DNA from: Caedimonas sp. | GTDB lineage: Bacteria; Pseudomonadota; Alphaproteobacteria; Caedimonadales; Caedimonadaceae | Assembly: GCA_016794245.1 (NCBI GenBank) | Contig: JAEUKR010000056.1 | Span: 8,669-32,668 of the forward strand | DNA: 24,000 nucleotides | Direction: 5' to 3' | In this document: positions 16,360 through 24,000 of the stretch, piece by piece | Layout of the letters: the number at the start of each line of letters is the position of its first letter | Position numbering within the stretch: position 1 is the first letter of the stretch | Notes under the pieces: model-generated | What the model saw: the letters and a program-made list of their open reading frames with translations, nothing else | What the model was told of the DNA's origin: nothing | Database searches by the model: none | Translations under genes and position numbers: made by a program

Positions 16360-17052
16360 TTATGGACTGATGCCTGTCATTCTGGCGATAATTTCGATTG
16401 TGTTGTGAACAAGAGGGCCAAGCAACGCTGCCAGAGGATTGAATGTGACGCCAAATTGTAAAAAAATCAAAGGTAAAATGATAATACAACCGATGAGAAT
16501 GAACATTCCCCACCGTTCGGATTTTTCAAACACTCTCGCCAGCTTTAAAGGAAGGAGTCCCATCATCACGCGCCCTCCATCGAGCGGAAGCAAGGGAAGC
16601 ATATTAAAAATCCCTAATGTGACGTTCACTATCAGAGATGTTTTAAGCATCTCAAGCCAGAAAGGAATCCAGGCTGTCGGCATCAAGTCAAGCGTATGAA
16701 ACAGGCAGACCGACGCAAAAGCAAGGATAAAATTGGTAAAGGGACCTGCAATAGCGACAAGAATCATATCTTTGCGCGGATTGCGCAGACGCGCGAAATT
16801 AACAGGTACAGGCTTGGCATAGCCGAATAAGAAAGGTGATTGAGCGATCAATAAAAGACCGGGAATAATCACGGTTCCCATCGGATCCACATGACGCAAG
16901 GGATTAAAGCTGATTCTGCCTGCTTTTAAAGCTGTATCGTCCCCACACCGAAGCGCTACAAACCCGTGGGCCGCCTCATGTAAAGTGATGGCTAAAACAA
17001 TCGGCAACCCGAACGTAACCAGTTTGAAAAGAAAAGGTACAAGGTCTATCAA
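16360..17052 (-). CDS. Site-2 protease family (peptidase M50) integral membrane metalloprotease
   Basis: HExxH (LHEAAHGF) lies in the first transmembrane helix, with a second S2P motif FNMLPLLPLDGG. The protein is polytopic and hydrophobic throughout. The TTG start (17052..17050) has the purine tract AGAAAGAAG upstream. Confidence 0.85.
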   Translation of the reverse strand: MIDLVPFLFKLVTFGLPIVLAITLHEAAHGFVALRCGDDTALKAGRISFNPLRHVDPMGTVIIPGLLLIAQSPFLFGYAKPVPVNFARLRNPRKDMILVAIAGPFTNFILAFASVCLFHTLDLMPTAWIPFWLEMLKTSLIVNVTLGIFNMLPLLPLDGGRVMMGLLPLKLARVFEKSERWGMFILIGCIIILPLIFLQFGVTFNPLAALLGPLVHNTIEIIARMTGISP

Positions 17053-17394
17053 TTATTTCTTCTTTCTGTTTCGCTTGACAATTTTTCTCCTTTATCCTGT
17101 TTGATGATGCGAGAAATATATTTCAGTCATAATCGAAATGAGAATATTTTTCAAACATTCTAATCTCTGATTGCAATTTATGAGTCTGGATTGATGAACA
17201 AAAGTTTGCCATCGTAAATTTAAAGATGTTCAACAAGATCAAAACAATGTTTGGATTGGTAATTCACTTTATAGTCATTAAAAACGTAAATAAACATATT
17301 TTTAATTTTTATAATGTAAAAAATAACTGTATTAGTAATTGATACATAATTTTTTTAAATAAAATTTAAAATTTATCAAAAAGGAGCTCCTTTA

Positions 17395-17922
17395 ATGCTA
17401 AAAAAATATTTTTTGAATATTAGATTTTCAGCTATTTTATTGACATTAATTTTTTCGATAAATGGTCATGCTACAAAGCTAGAGCTTGATGATGTTGAAA
17501 AAAATAATTCACATGTATCCTTGGAGGATAATCATTATTTCGAAGAACTTGAAACCATGGATTCATCTCAAAAAACAGGACTAAGCCCTGTGAGCATAGT
17601 GGGTTTAGGAGTCGATCTCATCTTGAACGTGGCGGGAGGTTCAGCCGCTTTTTGGGGCGTAACGGATGTGTTTCAGTTGAGAGATGAGACGAACAACGAT
17701 GAATTCCGGATAGCTGCGATGGTCATTGGAGGAGTTGCTCTAACAAGATACTTTATTATAACCGCCATGAATAATGAAAAGTATAAAGATTATTTAAAAG
17801 CATATCATAAAGGGAATGGTTGGGGAAGGTTCGTCAAGAGTATCGAAGATCCTGTTTCATCGCTTCGGTCGACTGTCAAGGGACTGGTGTGCAAGGTTAC
17901 ACACAATAAAAATGTCGGATAA
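17395..17922 (+). CDS. Hypothetical secreted or membrane protein (orphan): signal peptide plus two hydrophobic helices
   Basis: N-terminal signal-like MLKKYFLNIRFSAILLTLIFSINGHA, followed by an acidic stretch. Two Gly-rich hydrophobic segments follow (PVSIVGLGVDLILNVAGGSAAFWGV; FRIAAMVIGGVALTRYFIITAM), then a basic tail. AGGAG lies 8 nt upstream of the ATG. No family recognised. Confidence 0.6.
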   Translation: MLKKYFLNIRFSAILLTLIFSINGHATKLELDDVEKNNSHVSLEDNHYFEELETMDSSQKTGLSPVSIVGLGVDLILNVAGGSAAFWGVTDVFQLRDETNNDEFRIAAMVIGGVALTRYFIITAMNNEKYKDYLKAYHKGNGWGRFVKSIEDPVSSLRSTVKGLVCKVTHNKNVG

Positions 17923-17973
17923 TTTGTGACAGGTTGGGTGAAGCGGATCAGGAAATCTGGTCTGACGGCGTTA

Positions 17974-18138
17974 GCCTTCTTTCATCACTGGATATAGTGC
18001 GGGGATTCTAAGACGAAAGCACGCGCCAGATATTTAGATGATGAAAGAAGGCTATTAATTTTCAAACAGATCTCTCCGTCCTGTAAATGGACATTTGTTA
18101 GACGCTTTTCTCCTCACATCTTGAAAGGCGAAAGACAT
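17974..18138. repeat. Compound or nested copies of the repeat family
   Basis: Perfect 14-bp inverted repeat GCCTTCTTTCATCA (17974..17987) / TGATGAAAGAAGGC (18039..18052). 18016..18033 is the exact reverse complement of 4279..4296. 18115..18137 CACATCTTGAAAGGCGAAAGACA resembles 4382..4403 CATTTTGAAAGGCGAAGAGCA. 18068..18081 AGATCTCTCCGTCC resembles 4313..4326 AGATCTCTTTGGTC. Confidence 0.65.
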
Positions 18139-18274
18139 CCCTCTTGATAAAAGTCTGATCGGTACGGGGGCATTTGTGTTGCTGAACATGGTTGGAAGTG
18201 ATAGAGTCAGAGAAATTTGAACACTGTCTGTCCAGGAAAAATCAACTTATCATCGTTATCTCCAAACCATTTTC

Positions 18275-18748
18275 ATGATTTGTCAAAATTCCTTCGATCT
18301 CTTGAATTTTAAAACACCAAACAGTCGTCTTCTTGGTCTGGATGTGGGAACCAAAACTATCGGTCTTGCTCTTTCTGATACGCGATGGATTATTGCCTCT
18401 CCTCTTAAAACGCTCTTGCGCACGAAAATGACACATGATGTCAAGGAACTCAAAAAAATCCTTGAGGAGTTTAATGTCGCGGGTCTGGTTGTAGGTTTAC
18501 CGGTCAATATGAATGGAAGCGAGGGGCCTCGATGCCAGTCCGTTCGACAGTTTGCGAAAGATTTGGATCATCATTGCGAAACGCCGCTATGTTTCTGGGA
18601 TGAACGAATGTCCACAATCGCCGTAACGCGAACTTTGCTTGAAGCGGATGTATCTCGCAAGCGTCGTATCCAGATGGTTGATAAAATGGCCGCGAGTTTC
18701 ATTTTGCAAGGGGTTCTTGACGCTTTTCAGCATTTTTCTCAAGCTTAA
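18275..18748 (+). CDS. ruvX: RuvX/YqgF putative pre-16S rRNA nuclease (Holliday junction resolvase-like)
   Basis: LGLDVGTKTIGLALSD N-terminal motif, GLVVGLPVNMNGSEG and FWDERMST, at the typical ~157 aa length. Confidence 0.88.
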   Translation: MICQNSFDLLNFKTPNSRLLGLDVGTKTIGLALSDTRWIIASPLKTLLRTKMTHDVKELKKILEEFNVAGLVVGLPVNMNGSEGPRCQSVRQFAKDLDHHCETPLCFWDERMSTIAVTRTLLEADVSRKRRIQMVDKMAASFILQGVLDAFQHFSQA

Positions 18749-18775
18749 TTCTCTCGATTCTGGCAGAATCATTTC

Positions 18776-19384
18776 ATGAAAGAAAAATTGAATTCAACTC
18801 AAGAAATTTCTCTGGCTTCTCCTTCAAACAGGGAACTTTTTCTCGGTTTTCTCATCCTCTCCTTATCGGCGTTTGGAGGCGCTTTACCTGTTGCCTATCG
18901 TATGCTCGTCAGTCGCCGTAAGTGGCTGACTTCGGAGGAATTCGTCGATCTTCTCGCCCTCTGTCATTTTTTGCCAGGGCCAAACGTTGTGAATATGGCT
19001 GTTGTCGTCGGCTCTCGCTTTCATAAAATACGCGGCGCTGTTTCCGCCGTATCGGGATTAATGGCATTGCCGATGTTGATCGTGATTGGACTTGCACATC
19101 TTTATACGACATTTAATCATACGTCTTTGTTACAAGGAATATTGAGGGGGATTAACCCGGCGGCGGCTGGCCTTATGCTTGCGATGGTGTTACAGCTAAG
19201 TATTCCTGTTTTAAAAACGACTTGGCCCTTTTCCAAAAAAGGCGCCGTTTCTCCAACGGTTTTTATGATAGCCGCTTTTGTGAGTGTCGGGATTTTTCAT
19301 GTTTCTCTGCCGTGGGTTTTGTTGATCTTGACACCTCTCAGTGTAGTATGCGCTTGGTGGACATACAAAAATGAAACCAGCTAG
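18776..19384 (+). CDS. chrA: CHR-family chromate ion transporter, short-chain half 1
   Basis: FGGALPVAYRMLVSRRKWLTSEEFVDLLALCHFLPGPNVVNMAVVVG, which is the CHR signature (FGG...W..E.F......LPGP). Hydrophobic throughout. Confidence 0.8.
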   Translation: MKEKLNSTQEISLASPSNRELFLGFLILSLSAFGGALPVAYRMLVSRRKWLTSEEFVDLLALCHFLPGPNVVNMAVVVGSRFHKIRGAVSAVSGLMALPMLIVIGLAHLYTTFNHTSLLQGILRGINPAAAGLMLAMVLQLSIPVLKTTWPFSKKGAVSPTVFMIAAFVSVGIFHVSLPWVLLILTPLSVVCAWWTYKNETS

Positions 19385-19901
19385 CGCTCTGTTTATTCTT
19401 GGGCTTCACTTTTTTCTTCTCTCGCTTATTGCTTTTGGGGGAGCCAATGGCATTGTTCCGGAAATGCATCGTATCCTGGTGCATGAATACAAATGGATGA
19501 CCGAACAGGAATTTATTGATTATTTTGCGATTTCTCGCGGAGCGCCGGGGCCTAATATATTGATTTCAACACTTGTGGGGTGGCATGTCGCCAATTTCTG
19601 GGGAGCCTTGGCAACAACCTTGGCCATCTGCACACCTTCTTGTATTCTTGCGTATATGGTGGGGCATTTATGGCATCGATTCGCGCACGCGCCCTGGCTT
19701 GTCATTATTAAAACAGGACTCGTTCCCGTCATTGTAGGTTTCGTCGCTGCCACCGCTCTTATCCTCGTTCAGGTTGCCGATGACTCGTTATCAGCGTTTC
19801 TTATCAGCGGCGTTACAGCTATCCTTGCTTATAAAAACCGGATACATCCCCTTTGGATCCTGGGCGGTGCGATGATATCAGGCATCTTGGGATGGGTTTA
19901 A
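19371..19901 (+). CDS. chrA: CHR-family chromate ion transporter, short-chain half 2
   Basis: FGGANGIVPEMHRILVHEYKWMTEQEFIDYFAISRGAPGPNILISTLVGW is a second CHR domain. It overlaps the upstream half by 14 nt, suggesting translational coupling. Confidence 0.8.
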   Translation: MKPASALFILGLHFFLLSLIAFGGANGIVPEMHRILVHEYKWMTEQEFIDYFAISRGAPGPNILISTLVGWHVANFWGALATTLAICTPSCILAYMVGHLWHRFAHAPWLVIIKTGLVPVIVGFVAATALILVQVADDSLSAFLISGVTAILAYKNRIHPLWILGGAMISGILGWV

Positions 19902-19942
19902 AGTTTTGATCTCTATCTTTTGCTGGCGCTTAGGCATAATCC

Positions 19943-21430
19943 TCAGGGGTGCAGCTTCTTTTTCAACAGTTCATTTACCTGCTGCGGATTCGCTTTACCG
20001 TCCATTTCTTTCATGACGAGACCGACGAAGAAACCAAAAAGCTTGTCCTTCCCTGTGTGGTATTCTTCCACTTTGTCTGTATTCTCGGCTAAAATGCGAT
20101 CAATGGCCGCCGCGATGGCGTGATCGTCTCTCACTTGTTCAAGACCTTTATTTTTTACGATAGTTTTGGGAGAGGCGCCTGTAGTCCACATCTCGGCAAA
20201 CACCTCCTTTGCGATGCGACCTGAGATCACCTCATCCAGCAAAAGCTTGACCAATTCTACCAGAGCCGCAGGCGCTATATGGGACTGTTCAATAGAAAGC
20301 GTTTCTCGATTGAGACTTGCGAATAACTCGCCAATGATCCAGTTGGCGCAGGTTTTGGCAAATTTCTGAAGGTCGTATCGATCCGAATGCAACGCCAGAC
20401 AATTTTCGTAAAAATCAGCGGTTTCCGTCTCGGCGGTCAGCACGCTCGCCTCATAGGAAGGCAGACCAAAGTCTTCCATAAACCGGGATTTCTTTGCGTC
20501 CGGCAACTCTGGCAAACTTGCGCGCACACGTTCAATTTCCGCAGGATCGAGAATTAACGGCGGCAAATCAGGATCAGGAAAATAGCGATAGTCGTGAGCA
20601 TCTTCTTTATTGCGCATAGATCGCGTATGATTCTTGCCGGGATCAAAAAGGCGCGTTTCCTGGTCTACCGTCTCTCCCTTTTCAAGAATTTGCATCTGAC
20701 GCCCGATTTCAAACTGAATGGCCTGTCCAATAAAGCGGATGGAGTTGACATTTTTGATCTCGGCGCGCGTTCCAAGCGGTTCACCAGGCTTGTGCAGGGA
20801 GATATTCACATCGACGCGCAGACTGCCTTGTTCCATATTGCCGTCACATGTTCCAAGGCATCTTAAAAGCGCACGCAGTTTTTTCACAAAAGCCTGGGCT
20901 TCTTCCGCGCTGCGCATATCAGGGTCAGTGACAATCTCCATCAGAGCCACCCCTGAACGGTTGAGATCAATATAACTTTTATGAGGATGCTGGTCGTGAA
21001 TGCTTTTGCCCGCGTCCTGCTCAAGATGAAGTCGGGTAATCCCTATGCGTTTTACCGTTCCGTCCTCAAGTTCGATATCAAGATATCCTCTTCCTACAAG
21101 AGGGTGTTTAAACTGGGAAATCTGATATCCTTGCGGTAAATCAGGATAAAAATAATTCTTGCGGTCGAAAATGGAAACTTCATTGATTTCGGCGTGAAGC
21201 CCTAAACCTGTTTTAATTGCTTGCTCCACACAAAATTGATTGATGACCGGAAGCATCCCTGGGAATCCGGCGTCTACAAACGAGACTTGAGAGTTTGGCG
21301 TCGCGCCAAAAGCGGTTGCCGCTCCTGAAAAAAGTTTGGCTTGAGAATTGATTTGGGCGTGCACTTCAAGACCGATGATGACTTCCCAGGGCTTGGCTGA
21401 TCCTTGCATATGTGGTGATGGCGATGTCAT
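19943..21430 (-). CDS. gatB: Asp/Glu-tRNA(Asn/Gln) amidotransferase subunit B
   Basis: [22 protein letters not shown]-terminus, a full-length GatB pattern and a C-terminal YqeY-like tail. The start overlaps the gatA stop by 4 nt (ATGA). Confidence 0.93.
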   Translation of the reverse strand: MTSPSPHMQGSAKPWEVIIGLEVHAQINSQAKLFSGAATAFGATPNSQVSFVDAGFPGMLPVINQFCVEQAIKTGLGLHAEINEVSIFDRKNYFYPDLPQGYQISQFKHPLVGRGYLDIELEDGTVKRIGITRLHLEQDAGKSIHDQHPHKSYIDLNRSGVALMEIVTDPDMRSAEEAQAFVKKLRALLRCLGTCDGNMEQGSLRVDVNISLHKPGEPLGTRAEIKNVNSIRFIGQAIQFEIGRQMQILEKGETVDQETRLFDPGKNHTRSMRNKEDAHDYRYFPDPDLPPLILDPAEIERVRASLPELPDAKKSRFMEDFGLPSYEASVLTAETETADFYENCLALHSDRYDLQKFAKTCANWIIGELFASLNRETLSIEQSHIAPAALVELVKLLLDEVISGRIAKEVFAEMWTTGASPKTIVKNKGLEQVRDDHAIAAAIDRILAENTDKVEEYHTGKDKLFGFFVGLVMKEMDGKANPQQVNELLKKKLHP

Positions 21431-22911
21431 GATGCTTTTCTCAATTCTTTCACTTGAGTGGAAAATTCAGCCGCTTTCTCAATAACATAGGCGGCGTTTA
21501 AAGCCCGTCCCTCTTCAAAGGCGGGAGCGATGAGCTGAAGACCGAGCGGCAATCCCTCTTCCGTCAATCCGGCAGGAACGGAAATTGAGGGCAGTCCCGC
21601 AAGATTAACAGTGACGGTCAACACATCGTTCATATACATTGTGACAGGATCCTTGGGTTCCTCTCCGATCGCGAAGGCGGCGTTCGGCGTGGTCGGCGTC
21701 AGGATAAGATCGACTTTCTTGTAAGCGTTTTCAAAATCCTGTGTGATGAGGCGACGAATTTTCTGGGCCTTGAGATAATAAGCATCGTAATAGCCGGCGG
21801 ATAGTACGTATGTTCCCATCATGATGCGGCGTTTTACTTCTGTGCCAAAGCCTTCAGCGCGTGTTTTTTCATACAGCTCTTCAAGGGATTCGGCGGGCGC
21901 GCGCAAGCCATAGCGAATGCCGTCGTAACGCGCAAGATTCGAGGACGCCTCGGCGGGCGCTAAAATATAGTAAACCGGCAAAGCGTATTTGGTATGAGGA
22001 AGGGAGACGTCGACGATCTCGGCGCCTGCGGATTTCATCCATTCCATCCCTTGCGACCACACCCGCTCGCTTTGTGGATTCATTCCTGGGACGCTATATT
22101 CTTTGGGAATGCCAATCCGCAAGCTTTTAAGATGACCTGTCAGCATCGACTCATAGGAAGGAACGGGAAGATCAACCGATGTTGCGTCTTTGGGATCGAA
22201 CCCTGCCATCGCTTCCATCATGATCGCGCTGTCACGAACCGTTCTTGTCATAGGGCCTGCCTGATCCAGTGAGGATGCAAAGGCGACGATTCCCCATCGC
22301 GAACAGCGTCCATAGGTCGGCTTCAGGCCTACAATCCCCGTGAAGGCGGCGGGCTGACGAATAGATCCCCCGGTGTCAGTTCCGGTTGCTGCAAGGGCTG
22401 ATCCTGCCGCAACCGCCGTCGCGGATCCTCCCGAAGATCCTCCTGGCACAAAGCGGCGCGTGTCGCCCTTGATGCTCCAGGGGCTGACGACAGAGCCAAA
22501 CGCACTGGTAAGGTTTGATGATCCCATCGCGAATTCATCCATATTGAGCTTGCCAAGGGTTATGGCGCCGGCCGCTTTCAATTTCGCAGTCACCGTAGAT
22601 TCATATTGAGGGATATAATTCCCCAGGATTTTCGAGCCTGCCGTTGTGCGTATTCCCTGTGTGCAAAACAGGTCTTTAATGCCGATTGGCATCCCTTCCA
22701 TCAAACGAAGTTGCTCACCCCTTGCAAGGCGATGATCGCATTCTTTCGCCGCTGTGATCGCGATTTCTGGCGTTTCAAGAATATAGGCGTTAAGATCCCG
22801 TGTTTCTTCCATTTTTTTGAGGTAGGACTGAGTCAATTCATGCGCGGAAAACGACTTTTTTGCAAGTCCTTCTCTTGCTTCTGAAAGACTGAGACGGGTA
22901 AGATCAGACAT
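21427..22911 (-). CDS. gatA: Glutamyl-tRNA(Gln) amidotransferase subunit A
   Basis: Amidase signature [14 protein letters not shown]...[12 protein letters not shown]. Length of 494 aa. It lies between gatC and gatB. Confidence 0.93.
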   Translation of the reverse strand: MSDLTRLSLSEAREGLAKKSFSAHELTQSYLKKMEETRDLNAYILETPEIAITAAKECDHRLARGEQLRLMEGMPIGIKDLFCTQGIRTTAGSKILGNYIPQYESTVTAKLKAAGAITLGKLNMDEFAMGSSNLTSAFGSVVSPWSIKGDTRRFVPGGSSGGSATAVAAGSALAATGTDTGGSIRQPAAFTGIVGLKPTYGRCSRWGIVAFASSLDQAGPMTRTVRDSAIMMEAMAGFDPKDATSVDLPVPSYESMLTGHLKSLRIGIPKEYSVPGMNPQSERVWSQGMEWMKSAGAEIVDVSLPHTKYALPVYYILAPAEASSNLARYDGIRYGLRAPAESLEELYEKTRAEGFGTEVKRRIMMGTYVLSAGYYDAYYLKAQKIRRLITQDFENAYKKVDLILTPTTPNAAFAIGEEPKDPVTMYMNDVLTVTVNLAGLPSISVPAGLTEEGLPLGLQLIAPAFEEGRALNAAYVIEKAAEFSTQVKELRKAS

Positions 22912-22946
22912 TTTTATTCGCTCGCTTTAATTGATTATTCAATAAA

Positions 22947-23234
22947 TTATTCAACAACTTTGGGAACGGCAAACATATTGAATTCACTTTCGGGAGCATT
23001 GGCGACAATCGCTTCCGCATAATTTCCGTCTGTGACTTGATCAGGCCTGCGGCGCATTTGTTGCAGATTTATACTGAACATAGGCTCTACGTTTTCCGTA
23101 TTGACTTCATCCAGTTGTTCCACCCATTCTAAAATGCGATTCAGATCTTTGATCAGCGATTCAGCTTCTAAAGGAGGTATTTTCAAGCGCGCCAGATGCG
23201 CGATCTTTGTCACTGTCAAGGAATCTATAGTCAT
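22947..23234 (-). CDS. gatC: Asp/Glu-tRNA amidotransferase subunit C
   Basis: MTIDSLTVTKIAHLARLKIPPLEAESLIKDLNRILEWVEQLDEVNTENVEP... is a 95-aa GatC. The ORF-track call (to 23369) adds 45 upstream codons with no GatC similarity, so the internal ATG at 23234..23232 is preferred. Confidence 0.88.
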   Translation of the reverse strand: MTIDSLTVTKIAHLARLKIPPLEAESLIKDLNRILEWVEQLDEVNTENVEPMFSINLQQMRRRPDQVTDGNYAEAIVANAPESEFNMFAVPKVVE

Positions 23235-23410
23235 AGGGATCTCGCTATTTTTCAAATCACTGATAACACTAACACGGATCGATAAAGACGCAAGAGGTGA
23301 TGTCTCTTTTTTTGAGAGGCGACACCGAGGACATCCATTTCGCCTTAGTAAGACTTTTAAGGAATGCATCCAGCTTTTTGCTTTTACAATTTTTTTATCA
23401 TGTTATAAGG

Positions 23411-23489
23411 TAACGCCCAAAGTATTGCAAAATGTGGGCAGGACAAAGCGCCGTTCCAACGCTTCTACACTTTTGAAAGATAAAGGGTA
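23411..23489. repeat. Short (~79 nt) copy of the dispersed inverted-repeat element family
   Basis: The left end 23416..23438 CCCAAAGTATTGCAAAATGTGGG resembles ACCCAAAGGATTTCGAAATCCAGG, the reverse complement of 9037..9060. The right end 23468..23489 CACTTTTGAAAGATAAAGGGTA resembles the reverse complement of 8937..8958. It is more diverged than the other copies. Confidence 0.5.
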
Positions 23490-23556
23490 TATTTTGCGAC
23501 CACAAGGTAATCTATGAAGACAGGTTCTGACATAAACCGCAAGAATTTCTTCCATC

Positions 23557-24000
23557 ATGATGACTCCTTCTTTCTGGCATGATCCTCAAAGTAAAATGGC
23601 GAGAGTGTTCGCTCCTTTAGGGATGTTCTATGGGTATGCAAGCCGTCTCTGGTCGCAGCGACAGACGCTTGAGAAACTTGACATCCCTGTGATTTGTGTG
23701 GGGAATCTTGTTTCGGGCGGCGCGGGCAAAACGCCCGTTGCGATGATGATCGCCCGGGAACTCCTGGCGCGGGGCAAGAAAGTTCATTTTTTGTCCCGTG
23801 GCTATGGTGGATGTCTCAAGGGTCCTGTGCGTGTAGACCATCATTCCTTTCAGGAAGTGGGAGACGAACCTTTAATGCTTGCGAAAATCGCGCCTGTATG
23901 GGTGGCGAAAGATCGTCGGGCAGGAGGACGCGCCGCGGTACAAGCGGGCGCCGACATCATTATTCTCGATGATGGACATCAAAACTTTTCTCTTCACAAG
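23557..24000 (+). CDS. lpxK: Tetraacyldisaccharide 4'-kinase (lipid A biosynthesis), partial: the 3' end lies beyond the window
   Basis: My own translation from ATG 23557 stays open to the window end (148 codons): MMTPSFWHDPQSKMARVFAPLGMFYGYASRLW...IPVICVGNLVSGGAGKTPVAMMIA...FLSRGYGG...GDEPLML...IIILDDGHQN. These are LpxK hallmark motifs. The gene is absent from the ORF track because it has no stop in the window. Confidence 0.88.
   Translation, partial: MMTPSFWHDPQSKMARVFAPLGMFYGYASRLWSQRQTLEKLDIPVICVGNLVSGGAGKTPVAMMIARELLARGKKVHFLSRGYGGCLKGPVRVDHHSFQEVGDEPLMLAKIAPVWVAKDRRAGGRAAVQAGADIIILDDGHQNFSLHK

Noticed and set aside
17053-17394. AT-rich spacer as a possible chromosomal replication origin
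   Set aside because: I found no good DnaA boxes; the best match is TTATCCTGT at 17092..17100, 6/9 to TTATCCACA. The flanking genes are not typical origin neighbours. A single TTAA-N7-TTAA is not sufficient evidence.
23235-23369. 45-codon N-terminal extension of gatC in the ORF-track call (140 aa)
   Set aside because: GatC proteins are ~95 aa, and the conserved sequence begins at MTIDSLTVTKIAHLARL (ATG at 23234..23232). The extension (MHSLKVLLRRNGCPRCRLSKKE...) has no GatC similarity.
23514-23582. 22-codon upstream ORF (MKTGSDINRKNFFHHDDSFFLA) overlapping the lpxK start
   Set aside because: It has no SD and no recognisable leader-peptide features. It is short enough to arise by chance, so I noted it only as a possible uORF.
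23617-23972. ORF-track ORFs 23694..23972 (+) and 23617..23844 (-)
   Set aside because: Both overlap, out of frame or antisense, the lpxK reading frame (23557 onward), which carries unmistakable LpxK motifs.
1-24000. Search for CRISPR arrays, defence systems, toxin-antitoxin pairs, prophage or integrative elements
   Set aside because: There are no regularly spaced direct repeats, no cas-like, nuclease-helicase, integrase or transposase ORFs, and no small adjacent gene pairs of unknown function. Every gene except one has a clear housekeeping assignment.

Overview
This window is a gene-dense, mostly housekeeping chromosomal segment. The gene content looks alphaproteobacterial: a CckA-type hybrid histidine kinase, a long class II B12-dependent ribonucleotide reductase (NrdJ), an Atm1-type ABC exporter, gatCAB, lpxK, ruvX and apaG. 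The taxon is an inference from gene content only. I support 21 protein-coding genes, two of them truncated by the window edges. I found no rRNA, tRNA, CRISPR array, transposase, integrase, phage gene or recognisable defence or toxin-antitoxin gene, and no convincing novel multi-gene system. The strongest signal not explained by the genes is a family of short inverted-repeat (MITE/REP-like) elements. It sits in at least seven intergenic spacers and includes exact 11-nt and 18-nt matches between distant loci. Other points are two NrdR-type operator boxes upstream of nrdJ, and an orphan signal-peptide/two-helix protein behind a very AT-rich 340-nt spacer. There is also a three-armed complementary motif in front of htrA, TTAA-N7-TTAA (CtrA-type) motifs in three spacers, and several non-ATG or ambiguous start codons. 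All calls come from reading the sequence and the supplied ORF translations; no database search was run.
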